Source of the DNA: an uncultured archaeon
GTDB taxonomy: Archaea; Asgardarchaeota; Heimdallarchaeia; Heimdallarchaeales; Heimdallarchaeaceae
Reading direction: 5' to 3'
Assembly (NCBI GenBank): GCA_964549075.1
Contig: CAZJUB010000002.1
Location: forward strand, 51,515-83,390
Length of the DNA stretch: 31,876 bases
Positions 1 to 8,746 of the stretch are shown one piece after another. Below the pieces are notes generated by a model. That model had not been told where the DNA came from and searched no databases. It worked only from the letters and a program-made list of their open reading frames with translations. Within the stretch, counting starts at the first letter, position 1. Each line of letters opens with the position of its first letter. Both the position numbers and the translations under genes were made by a program.

Positions 1-686
1 TTTGGAATGGGTTTTTTCTCCTCGATTTCTTCTTCTAGTGAATCTTCATCCATTTCCAATTCCTCCTCCTCTTCTTCCAGCTCTTCCTCTAATTCTTTTG
101 GAAGAGCTTTAGGTTTCTTTCTAGCTTTTTGTGCTTCCTTTTTCTCTGGAGAAAGTTCTTCTTTTGTTGGAGGTGCTTGAGGTCTAGCAGGATGAGATTT
201 ATCAACCAATGGAGAACGAGGAGCATAATCTATATTTTCTTCTTCATTCACCTTTATCAGACGTCCTGGAGAAGTCACAATAGCTCTTTCAATAGCAATA
301 TGCCTATGAGCAATGAATTGTCTAGCTTGATAAGGAGAACTTGCTAAACCTCGTCTAAACACTAGTGTTTGCAATCTTCTGTTCAACACTGTTCTAACAT
401 CTAATGCCAAAACTGAGTCAAGGTCGCTTCCTCGAGGAAGCACACCAAGATTAGCTAAGCGAGAAAGAAGTTCTTTTTCTCTCTGTTCTCTTACTTCCAC
501 TGGAAGTGCAAGTAAAGATCTTGCTTGTTGTCTAGCTTTAGAAAGAACGGTTTTAGCTTTCCAGAGTTCTTTCTTATTTCTCAAGCCATATTCTCCAACT
601 AAAGGTAATTCTTGGTCAATTCTAGATTTGTCATAAGGATGACCAGGTGTAACAATCTTTTTTCTTTGTCTTCGTATTCCACCCAT
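1..686 (-). CDS. rps4: 30S ribosomal protein uS4 (3' end runs off the window), with acidic C-terminal extension
   Basis: Not in ORF track. Manual minus-strand translation from ATG at 686: MGGIRRQRKKIVTPGHPYDKSRIDQELPLVGEYGLRNKKELWKA...RRLQTLVFRRGLASSPYQARQFIAHRHI, the archaeal/eukaryotic uS4 signature. SD GGTG upstream; follows uS13. Confidence 0.95.
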   Translation of the reverse strand, partial: MGGIRRQRKKIVTPGHPYDKSRIDQELPLVGEYGLRNKKELWKAKTVLSKARQQARSLLALPVEVREQREKELLSRLANLGVLPRGSDLDSVLALDVRTVLNRRLQTLVFRRGLASSPYQARQFIAHRHIAIERAIVTSPGRLIKVNEEENIDYAPRSPLVDKSHPARPQAPPTKEELSPEKKEAQKARKKPKALPKELEEELEEEEEELEMDEDSLEEEIEEKKPIP

Positions 687-696
687 TTCTTACACC

Positions 697-1143
697 TTAA
701 CCTCTTTTCTTCTTAGAGACACCCACTGTGGTACCTCTTCTACCATGAGTTCGGGTTCTTTGTCCTCTAACTTTAAGCTTGAATGAGTGTCTAATTCCTC
801 TACGACTGCGGATTCGTATATACCTTTCAACATCTTGTTTAGTTTGCAAGATTAGCTGTGCTTCAGTGACGTGTAAATCGTCACCTGTTTGACGATCTTT
901 TCTTCTATTTACTAACCAAGCAGGAATACCAGCTGAGGTAGGATCACTAATGATATTCTCAATCTCTTTAATTGTAGAATCAGTAAGAAAACCGATTCGT
1001 TCAGATAGAGGTATCTTCAAATTTCTTACAATAGTCTCAGCTAATCTTCTATTCACTCCAGTAATTCTTGAGAGACCTAGAGTAACAGGTAGATAACCTT
1101 CAAGATCAGTAGACTTTATTCTAACTAAATGGCGAAATGACAT
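697..1143 (-). CDS. rps13: 30S ribosomal protein uS13
   Basis: Motifs IPAWLVNRRKD and RGIRHSFKLKVRGQRTRTHGRRG; alpha-operon position before uS4. Confidence 0.97.
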   Translation of the reverse strand: MSFRHLVRIKSTDLEGYLPVTLGLSRITGVNRRLAETIVRNLKIPLSERIGFLTDSTIKEIENIISDPTSAGIPAWLVNRRKDRQTGDDLHVTEAQLILQTKQDVERYIRIRSRRGIRHSFKLKVRGQRTRTHGRRGTTVGVSKKKRG

Positions 1144-1270
1144 GTTATCACTTTATCAGTTTTTATTCCACAACCCGAAGCTGTGGTGCTCTTATCTTTG
1201 TAAGAGCTTCGCCCAGTGCTTTACCAACTTAATAATAGCACAATGACTTCAACTGGGAACCAGAGAGAAT
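1144..1270 (-). promoter_or_regulatory. Structured 5' leader of the uS13-uS4 operon (candidate r-leader RNA)
   Basis: Helices on the mRNA strand: CCCAGU/ACUGGG (1252-1257/1212-1217), GUGCU/AGCAC (1237-1241/1216-1220), GCUCUUA/UAAGAGC (1201-1207/1188-1194), CCACAGC/GUUGUGG (1180-1186/1168-1174). BRE/TATA-like GCAAACG-TTTAAAAT at about 1272-1286. Confidence 0.5.
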
Positions 1271-1317
1271 TATTTTAAACGTTTGCTTCAAAGACTAAAA
1301 CAAATTGGAGATAAAAT

Positions 1318-1437
1318 TGGAGCCAGGACGGGGATTTTCAGTGTTTCAGAACGCATCTGAAATTTTCATTTTGAACCCCGGAGTCTATTGACACTAGATT
1401 TCCAATCTAGCCTCATACCAGGCTTGAGTATCCTGGC
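1318..1437 (-). tRNA. tRNA-Ser(GGA) with 35-nt non-canonical intron at 59/60 (1335-1369); CCA encoded
   Basis: Acceptor GCCAGGA/TCCTGGC, D-stem CTCA/TGAG, anticodon arm CTAGA-TTGGAAA-TCTAG, long variable arm GTC-AATA-GAC, T-stem CGGGG/CCCCG. Removing the intron restores TTCAAAT. Confidence 0.92.
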
Positions 1438-1559
1438 TCATTTGGGAATATAAACTTTGTAAATTGATAATATTAAAAATATTACCATGATGCTCTTAAT
1501 TTTGTTTTTTGTATGTAGAAAAATGTTATATTTATGTAATTTATTAGATAAATGGTTAT

Positions 1560-2363
1560 ATGAAAATTGGTTTTATAATGCTTTGGACACTTCTAGCGAT
1601 ATTCTTACTTTTTGTCATATTTTATATCATTGGTTTGATTGATAAAAAAGTGAATACAGTGGATATTGCTTACGGTTTAGGATACATTATTGCAGCTATT
1701 CTTCCATGGATTTTAAGTGAGGATGGCGCATTTATGATTGAAAGAAAAATCATCATGACTTCATTGATTCTACTTTGGGGATTGAGGATAGCTATTTTCT
1801 TGACACTCAGATCATTTGGCAAGGATGAAACTACAAAGGAAGATAGAAGATTTAAGGTATTCAGAGATGATTGGGGAAAAACATTTTGGTGGAGAAGTTT
1901 TGTTCAATTATATGTTTCACAAGTTTTTCTTATCTTTATTATAGGTTTTCCAGCTATAGTAACCAATGCAGGTACTGAAACAGGATTGCAGGTTACTGAT
2001 TATGTAGGAATTGGTATTTGGATTATAGGGTTCTTCTTTGAGTTTACAGGAGATCTACAAATGTATCTATTTAAGAAGAAACCAGAAAACAAAGGCAAAA
2101 TCATGTCTAAGGGCCTTTGGAAATATAGTCGTCATCCCAATTACTTTGGAGAAATTACAATGTGGCTTGGAATATTCATCTTAGGATTATATCCATATGG
2201 CACTTTAAACATAGTGGGGATAATTAGTCCTATTATTATTGCTTTAGCTCTAATATTTGTTTCTGGTATTCCTCTAGCAGAAAAAAGATATGAAGAGAAT
2301 ACTGAATATCAAGAATATAAAAAGAGAACAAATGCTTTAATTCCTTGGTTCCCAAAGAAATAG
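1560..2363 (+). CDS. DUF1295 / steroid 5-alpha-reductase-like membrane protein
   Basis: Multiple TM segments; motifs WGLRIA, EDRRF, GLWKYSRHPNYFGEITMW, YQEYKKRTNALIPW. Confidence 0.9.
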   Translation: MKIGFIMLWTLLAIFLLFVIFYIIGLIDKKVNTVDIAYGLGYIIAAILPWILSEDGAFMIERKIIMTSLILLWGLRIAIFLTLRSFGKDETTKEDRRFKVFRDDWGKTFWWRSFVQLYVSQVFLIFIIGFPAIVTNAGTETGLQVTDYVGIGIWIIGFFFEFTGDLQMYLFKKKPENKGKIMSKGLWKYSRHPNYFGEITMWLGIFILGLYPYGTLNIVGIISPIIIALALIFVSGIPLAEKRYEENTEYQEYKKRTNALIPWFPKK

Positions 2364-2469
2364 CATTGTTTTTCTTCTTTTTTTTCAAAAACTGTTTTTC
2401 ATTTTACTTTGTAACAATTAGAAAAATGCTTATAAATAGAAGAACATCAATGAGATTGAAATCGAACCG

Positions 2470-3942
2470 GTGGTTTCAATGACGTCAAAATTCTTACTGC
2501 TATTCAAACCGTTTCAACGTTTTATATTTGAAGTGAAGAAACCTGCAAGAAAGCCTTCTTTCAAGCGAAAAATAGCTTGGACTTTTGGAATTCTTGCTAT
2601 ATATTTAATAATGCTAAACATACCTATTGTAGGTATTCCAGCAGCAAGTAGTGGAAAAGACCCATTCTTTGCTATGAGAGCGATACTTGCTTCCCAAAGA
2701 GGAACACTAGCTGAATTAGGAATAGGGCCCATCGTAACAGCAGGTTTGATAATGCAGTTGTTAGTGGGATCTCAAATAATAAAAGTAGATTTCACCAGCT
2801 CAGAAGAGAGAGCATTATACACTGGAACCCAGAAAATACTTGCAGTATTGATGACTATCTTCGAAGCTCTAGCATATATTCTTGGTGGAGCTTATGGATC
2901 AAGAGAAGATCTAGGTATTCAAAATATTATGCTCATTCTCTTACAACTTCTGGTAGCGGGTTTCATCATTTTATTAATGGATGAAGTGATTCAGAAGGGA
3001 TATGGAATGGGTAGTGGAATAAGTCTCTTTATCGCTGCAAGTGTATCATTCAATATCTTTGATGGTATGTTTAGTCTTAAAGACTACAGTGCCACTCAAT
3101 CAAGAGGTTGTATTATCGCCTTTTTCCAAGCTTTGTTTAGTAGTAATCCGGGACAAGGAATAGGAGAAGCATTTAGTAGAGTAGGAAGAAATCCCGATTT
3201 AATAGGATTATTAGCAACTATTGTTGTATTTGCTGTTGTAATATATGTTGATTCTGTAAAAATTGAGATTCCAGTTCAACACAGTCAATATAAAATGCCA
3301 GCTAGATATCCAATTAAATTCCTATATACTTCAAATATTCCAGTTATTCTAGTCAGTGCATTATTTGCTAATATCTACTTTGTATCAAATCTAATGTTTA
3401 CGAACTGGGAAAAAGAGGAATCTGGATTTAAGTACTTCTTCGTAAACTTATTTGGTCGGTGGAAAAACGTCGCGGCACCGGGCCAGCAAGAACAGCTGGC
3501 TCCTACGAGCGGTATAGCAGCCTTTACTACGGCACCGTATGGTCCAGAACAAGTAGCAGCTTATCCAGTTAATGCTATTGTTTACCTGATTCTGATGGTA
3601 GCTTTATGCGGGATTTTCTCGCGAATCTGGATAGATACGGCTGGAATGAGCTCAAAGAATGTTGCTAAGCAATTATTAGATGCAAATATGCAAATACCAG
3701 GTTTTAGACGAAACCCGCGTATTGTGGAAAGATATCTAGACAGGTATATTCCAACAGCTGCATGGCTTGGGGGATTCTTTATAGGAGTTCTTGCGGCATT
3801 TGCTGACTTTCTAGGTGCTCTTGGAACGGGTACAGGAATATTACTAACCACAGGAATTCTAAGACAATATTACGAGATATTTGCAAGTGAGCAAGTAAGT
3901 GAATCAGTACCTGCACTAGCTGGTTTCTTAGGCTTGCAGTAA
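2470..3942 (+). CDS. secY: Preprotein translocase SecY/Sec61-alpha (start may be ATG 2479)
   Basis: GTLAELGIGPIVTAGLIMQLL, GYGMGSGISLFIA, YPIKFLYTSNIPVIL, GTGTGILLT. Confidence 0.98.
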   Translation: MVSMTSKFLLLFKPFQRFIFEVKKPARKPSFKRKIAWTFGILAIYLIMLNIPIVGIPAASSGKDPFFAMRAILASQRGTLAELGIGPIVTAGLIMQLLVGSQIIKVDFTSSEERALYTGTQKILAVLMTIFEALAYILGGAYGSREDLGIQNIMLILLQLLVAGFIILLMDEVIQKGYGMGSGISLFIAASVSFNIFDGMFSLKDYSATQSRGCIIAFFQALFSSNPGQGIGEAFSRVGRNPDLIGLLATIVVFAVVIYVDSVKIEIPVQHSQYKMPARYPIKFLYTSNIPVILVSALFANIYFVSNLMFTNWEKEESGFKYFFVNLFGRWKNVAAPGQQEQLAPTSGIAAFTTAPYGPEQVAAYPVNAIVYLILMVALCGIFSRIWIDTAGMSSKNVAKQLLDANMQIPGFRRNPRIVERYLDRYIPTAAWLGGFFIGVLAAFADFLGALGTGTGILLTTGILRQYYEIFASEQVSESVPALAGFLGLQ

Positions 3943-3946
3943 AAAT

Positions 3947-3972
3947 CTCTTTCTTTTTTACTTTTTATTTTA
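3947..3972 (+). terminator. T-rich archaeal terminator after secY
   Basis: Pyrimidine/T tracts right after the stop, between convergent genes. Confidence 0.45.
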
Positions 3973-3979
3973 TATACCT

Positions 3980-4930
3980 TTACAGGTCTAGATCTAATAC
4001 ACGATGATTTTCTATACTTTGAATAGAAGCTAGAGCAATTTTCAAAGCGTTTATTCCATCACGAGAGCTTACAACCGGTGGAGTAATTCCTCTGCAAGCT
4101 GCAATAAAAGCAGCCATTTCCTTGCTTAAAGGTTCTTCCCATTGCATTTTTTTGGTTCTTAACCATTCTTCATCTTCAATAACATACTCTTGGGAGATAT
4201 AATCAGCTTCAACTACTCCTTTTTCACATGTCAACATTAATTTTCTAAGTTTGTGAGGTGTAAGATAATTAGATTCAATAAAACCTGTGACTCCATTTCC
4301 AAAATCAAGTAAGATCTCAGCATAATCCAAGTACGTGTGTCTTAATTTACCCCCTCTAGCATAAACAGATTTTGGTTCTTTTGCTATAAGATATCGGAAT
4401 GCATCAATATCATGAATACTGACATCTCTAATAACATCAACATCTTTGAGTCGGTCAGGCCAATAAGGTCCTAATCTTCTAGCACTGATTAGAACGAGTT
4501 CTCCTAATTCTTCATTTTCTATTAGTTGTTTTGATCGAAATACAATTGGATTGAATCTTTCAATAAAACCAACAGAAACAATTACATTGTTTTGTTTCTC
4601 TGCATCAAGAATACTCTCTGCTTCTTCAACTGTACTTGTCATTGGTTTTTCTATGAGAACATGCTTCCCATATTCAATTGCTTTCAAAGTTATCTCTGCA
4701 TGCGTTGAAGTAGGTGAAGCGATAGTTATTGCATGAATTTCTTCATTACTTAACAAATCATCGAGTTTTTGGATAGCTTGGGTACCATAGAGTTTTGCAA
4801 TTTCCTCAGCATGAGAGAAATTTAAATCAAAAATACTATGAAGATTTACATTTTCCATTTCACTAAAAACCCTAGCATGGTTTTTACCCCAACTTCCTAC
4901 ACCAATTACTGCCATATTGAGAATTTCCAA
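3980..4930 (-). CDS. Gfo/Idh/MocA family oxidoreductase (UDP-GlcNAc 3-dehydrogenase-like)
   Basis: Rossmann VIGVGSWG, GKHVLIEKP, VGFIERFNP, D..IHDID. TTG start with SD GAGGT. Confidence 0.9.
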   Translation of the reverse strand: MEILNMAVIGVGSWGKNHARVFSEMENVNLHSIFDLNFSHAEEIAKLYGTQAIQKLDDLLSNEEIHAITIASPTSTHAEITLKAIEYGKHVLIEKPMTSTVEEAESILDAEKQNNVIVSVGFIERFNPIVFRSKQLIENEELGELVLISARRLGPYWPDRLKDVDVIRDVSIHDIDAFRYLIAKEPKSVYARGGKLRHTYLDYAEILLDFGNGVTGFIESNYLTPHKLRKLMLTCEKGVVEADYISQEYVIEDEEWLRTKKMQWEEPLSKEMAAFIAACRGITPPVVSSRDGINALKIALASIQSIENHRVLDLDL

Positions 4931-5058
4931 TTACATAACCTCAAAGTTATTTACTCGTTTTGAGTAAACAAAAGTTAATATATAAAATTTCTTATTCTGA
5001 TATATTTCATACATTTGAAAAGAAAATTGATAAAGGAATAAGTTATTAGTATCTCATC

Positions 5059-5781
5059 TTGACAGATGTAGATTACAAATTGGTTGAAGCATATAATAAA
5101 ATCGCCTTAAGATATACAGCTCTGAAAAGAAAACCTTGGAAGGATCTTCAACAATATATGCTACAAATCAACCATAAAATTTCATTACCTACATCTGGAA
5201 TTATGCTTGATCTTGGAACAGGAAACTGTAGAAACTTGCTTCTCTTTGAAAAGCAGGAGTGGGAACACATAGGATTAGACCTTTCTTTAGAATTATTGAG
5301 CAACTCAATAACTTTGAAAAAAAACAGATTATATCTCATAAACAATGATATGAGGGACTTCTTTCTGAGAGGAAATTGTATAGATTTTGCATTATGTATT
5401 GCGACATTACATCATTTAAGAAGCAATAATGAAGTTCTTGAAGTTCTTCTAAATATTAAAATAGCTCTAAAAAGGGAAAAATATCTTCTATTATCTTGTT
5501 GGAGAAGATGGAAAAAAGGCACTATAAAAAGAATGTTCAAAGATTTAATTTTTTATCCATTTAAGAAGATAAAAGACAAATCATGGAGACATGGAGATAT
5601 TTACCTACCTTGGTTCGATAACAATGGCAAAATTATTGCTCAGAGGTATTATCACTTATTTACCAGATGTGAATTGTTGGGAATAGTTCAAAAAACTGGC
5701 TTTGAGATAGTCAATTTTTCCAAACTAGGGGGAGAGAAAGGAAATGATAATATTTTTCTTCTTCTAAGAAATAAGAAATAA
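5059..5781 (+). CDS. Class I SAM-dependent methyltransferase, Trm9/ALKBH8-like tRNA wobble-U methyltransferase
   Basis: LDLGTGNCRN (motif I), CIATLHHL, GDIYLPW and RYYHLF, characteristic of the Trm9 family. Confidence 0.75.
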   Translation: MTDVDYKLVEAYNKIALRYTALKRKPWKDLQQYMLQINHKISLPTSGIMLDLGTGNCRNLLLFEKQEWEHIGLDLSLELLSNSITLKKNRLYLINNDMRDFFLRGNCIDFALCIATLHHLRSNNEVLEVLLNIKIALKREKYLLLSCWRRWKKGTIKRMFKDLIFYPFKKIKDKSWRHGDIYLPWFDNNGKIIAQRYYHLFTRCELLGIVQKTGFEIVNFSKLGGEKGNDNIFLLLRNKK

Positions 5782-5859
5782 TTTTTTTTGAATAGATGAA
5801 AACTCAAGTTACAAAAGCTTTTAAAAAGAAAATAAATTCTGAAGTAGTAAGCACAGAAT

Positions 5860-6567
5860 ATGGTTTTAATTATGGCATTCTGGGATAATTGGTTTACAGG
5901 AATAACAACGTGGATGACTCACACTGAGCTGAATCAACGACCACAATCTGCAGCAGTGATAGCTGTTACTGCCATTCTAATCGCATTTTTATCAACATTT
6001 ATTACTAGGATGGTAACAGATGTGGATGCTTTAAAGGATAGTATGCAAAAAGTCAACGAATGGAACAAACGTAAAAAGCAAGCTATGGCTACTGCTGATA
6101 AAAAATTGTGGTTAAGCGTTAAAAGAGATGAGGAACGTGTAAAGAAAATGCAATCATCTATGATGTTTAAAAGAATGAAACCAATGCTATTTACTACAAT
6201 ACCGTTTCTATTAATATTTGCTATATTAAGAAATGCATTCCCTACTGTTCCAGGCGCCTTTTCAGAGGTTGGACATTATTATGCGTGGTTACCCTTTAAT
6301 TTAGATGGTTTTCCATGGATAGGTGGTGCTAGTTGGTTTGGTTCAGAAACTTTTAATGGAAAAACCTATTCAAAAGCTTCATTTACCATATGGTATTTTA
6401 TCTCTGCATTTGCTTTTGGATCAATTATCTCCAGGATATTTGGAGTAACCCCTTCAGGAGCGACTAAATCCAGAACTAAGAAACCAGAGCAGAAGCAGAT
6501 TAAAACACCTGTTTCAGCAGCTAAAGCAGAATTAGCCAAGAAGAAAAAAAGTTCTAAAAATATATGA
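5860..6567 (+). CDS. DUF106 / EMC3-TMCO1 (Oxa1 superfamily) membrane insertase (start may be ATG 5872)
   Basis: TM1, coiled coil, MKPMLFTTIPFLLIF, then TM3 WYFISAF; conserved position before eL34. Confidence 0.9.
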   Translation: MVLIMAFWDNWFTGITTWMTHTELNQRPQSAAVIAVTAILIAFLSTFITRMVTDVDALKDSMQKVNEWNKRKKQAMATADKKLWLSVKRDEERVKKMQSSMMFKRMKPMLFTTIPFLLIFAILRNAFPTVPGAFSEVGHYYAWLPFNLDGFPWIGGASWFGSETFNGKTYSKASFTIWYFISAFAFGSIISRIFGVTPSGATKSRTKKPEQKQIKTPVSAAKAELAKKKKSSKNI

Positions 6568-6583
6568 ACATGAGGAATGAAAA

Positions 6584-6844
6584 ATGGTTAAACCTTCATT
6601 ACGTGTATCAAAATCAAGGATGAGAAGAACTCCATCTGAAACAAAAATTATGAAAATTGAAAAAAGAACTAAGAAACCACATTGTTCTAAATGTGGAACT
6701 ATTCTACACGGAGTAGCCTTCGGTCGACAAAATAGAGTAAGACAAATGTCTCGCTCCGAGCGTCTTCCATCTAGAGTTCATGCAGGTTATTTGTGCTCTA
6801 GATGTCTAAAAGATGCCATTAAAGCCGAAGTCCGCAGTAACTAG
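6584..6844 (+). CDS. rpl34e: 50S ribosomal protein eL34
   Basis: RRTPS, CSKCGTILHGV, RLPSRVHAGYLCSRC. Confidence 0.93.
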   Translation: MVKPSLRVSKSRMRRTPSETKIMKIEKRTKKPHCSKCGTILHGVAFGRQNRVRQMSRSERLPSRVHAGYLCSRCLKDAIKAEVRSN

Positions 6845-6850
6845 AGGGAA

Positions 6851-7405
6851 GTGGTCAACTTGCCAATTATCGCTGTTTCAGGTCCTCATGGATCAGGTAA
6901 AAGTACTGCTGCTAAGAAAGTAGCTGAAGCACTTAACTATGAATATATTTCAGCAGGGGAGCTTTTCAGAGATATGGCAAAAAATGCGGATATGAATATT
7001 GAAGAATTCAGTAAAGAAGCTGAATTACAAAAAGAAATTGATAAATTCATTGACGATAAAACAATTGAGCTAGGCAAAACAAAAGACAATATTGTTGTTG
7101 ACGCACAATTGGGTGGATGGATGCTTAAGGATATAGCTGATATGTTAGTATACATCACTGCACCATTTGATGTACGAATTGATAGAATTATGCAAAGAGA
7201 AAACAAATCAACTAAGCAAGCTCGTCAAGAAACAACATTAAGAGAAAAATCAGAAAAACGCAGATATCAAAAACTGTATAAAATCGACATATCTGATTTA
7301 ACAATATACGATATAATATTAAATTCACAAAAGTTTAGTGCAACTGACTGTGTTCAGATTATATTATTAGCATTTGAGAAAAAAATGAAAGGTGAAGAAA
7401 AATGA
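6851..7405 (+). CDS. cmk: Cytidylate kinase (archaeal type)
   Basis: P-loop SGPHGSGKST, ISAGELFRDMA, SEKRRYQKLYKIDI; between eL34 and eL14. Confidence 0.93.
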   Translation: MVNLPIIAVSGPHGSGKSTAAKKVAEALNYEYISAGELFRDMAKNADMNIEEFSKEAELQKEIDKFIDDKTIELGKTKDNIVVDAQLGGWMLKDIADMLVYITAPFDVRIDRIMQRENKSTKQARQETTLREKSEKRRYQKLYKIDISDLTIYDIILNSQKFSATDCVQIILLAFEKKMKGEEK

Positions 7406-7683
7406 CAGCAATTCAAATTGGAAGAGTAATTGTAAAAACTAATGGAAGAGAAGCCGGTAAAAAAGGAGTTATCATAAATATAATTGATCCAAATTATGTC
7501 CTGCTTACTGGCCCAAAAACACTGACTTCAGTTCGTCGAAGAAAATGTAATATTAAACATCTTGAACCTACTGACAAAGTAGTTACTGTTAAGAGAGATG
7601 CAACAGACGAAGAAGTTATGGTAGCAATAGAAGCTGGAAGTTTGAAGAAATTTATGGAAGAAGCTATTGTTCCTAAAGTTTAA
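7402..7683 (+). CDS. rpl14e: 50S ribosomal protein eL14
   Basis: IGRVIVKTNGREAGKKGVI...VRRRKCNIKHLEPT. Confidence 0.95.
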   Translation: MTAIQIGRVIVKTNGREAGKKGVIINIIDPNYVLLTGPKTLTSVRRRKCNIKHLEPTDKVVTVKRDATDEEVMVAIEAGSLKKFMEEAIVPKV

Positions 7684-7727
7684 GTTTCCTCAAACTTTAT
7701 ATCTCTATTTTTTAATGTTGGTTCAAT

Positions 7728-8741
7728 ATGACCTTGATTTTTACCCCTCCACAATTTTCTCTAGAAGATAATTTGGAATCTTTAGTAAAATTATCAAACG
7801 ATACTACAGACTATAAATGGGGAAAATTGCCAACGGAAAGATCAATTCGTGAGCTTTTAGATTATGGTATAATAAATTTAGATAAACCTCCTCGACCAAC
7901 AAGCCATGAAGTTGTAAGCTATGTTAAGAAAATATTGAATCTTAAGAAAGCTGGTCATTCTGGTACTTTAGATCCATTAGTAACGGGTGTCCTTCCTGTT
8001 GCTTTAGGTAAAGCCACAAAAATATTGGGTACATTATTACTAGCAGGAAAGGAATATGTTTGTAACATGCGTTTACACAAGGATATAGATGAGCAAAGGG
8101 TCAGAGAAATAATGGGAGAATATATAGGAGATATTTACCAACGTCCGCCATTTCGTTCGAATGTTAGAAGAGTATTAAGAATTAGAAAGGTTTATGAAAA
8201 TAAAATCATCGAAATAAAGGATAGAGAGGTTCTTTTCTGGGTAAAAAGTCAAGCAGGATTCTATGTAAGAAAATATGTACATGATATAGGACAAAGTCTC
8301 TCATGTGGAGCTCATATGAAAGAGCTTAGAAGAGTTAGATCTGGACCGTTCTCAGAAAACAACTATCTAAGCACACTTCAAGACCTGTATGATGCTTATA
8401 TGTGGTTGAAAGAAGAAGGTGACGATATACCATTACGTAATATAATTTTACCTATGGAACTAGGGGTTACCCATTTACCACAAATTTTTGTAAAGGATAG
8501 TACAGTAGATTCATTGTGTCATGGAGCTCCACTTGCCATTCCAGGAGTTTCAAAATTTACAGATAATTTTGGCAAAGGAGCAATGGTCGGGATTTTTACA
8601 TTAAAACACGAACTTATAGGTTTGGGGGAGGCACAATTAGATTCTAAAGATCTAAAAAATACAAATCAAGGACTCATTGCAAGTGTAAAGAGAATAATAA
8701 TGGATATTGGAACATATACTTCAAAAAAGAGAGACGATTAG
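7728..8741 (+). CDS. cbf5: H/ACA RNA-guided pseudouridine synthase Cbf5
   Basis: INLDKPPRPTSHEV, GHSGTLDPLVTGVL (catalytic Asp), C-terminal PUA domain. Confidence 0.96.
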   Translation: MTLIFTPPQFSLEDNLESLVKLSNDTTDYKWGKLPTERSIRELLDYGIINLDKPPRPTSHEVVSYVKKILNLKKAGHSGTLDPLVTGVLPVALGKATKILGTLLLAGKEYVCNMRLHKDIDEQRVREIMGEYIGDIYQRPPFRSNVRRVLRIRKVYENKIIEIKDREVLFWVKSQAGFYVRKYVHDIGQSLSCGAHMKELRRVRSGPFSENNYLSTLQDLYDAYMWLKEEGDDIPLRNIILPMELGVTHLPQIFVKDSTVDSLCHGAPLAIPGVSKFTDNFGKGAMVGIFTLKHELIGLGEAQLDSKDLKNTNQGLIASVKRIIMDIGTYTSKKRDD

Positions 8742-8746
8742 AAGTT

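Noticed and set aside
129-347. 72-aa + strand ORF
   Set aside because: Antisense shadow of uS4, which occupies 1-686 on the minus strand.
4928-4942. ATG-TAA start-stop directly before the TTG start of the oxidoreductase
   Set aside because: The SD (GAGGT) is too close to the ATG and properly spaced for the TTG; likely chance.
2514-5345. Short opposite-strand ORFs within secY, the oxidoreductase and the methyltransferase
   Set aside because: Fully nested antisense to conserved genes and carry no motifs. The same applies to similar track ORFs inside cmk, r-protein genes, valS, hef, aRF1, pyrH and aspS.
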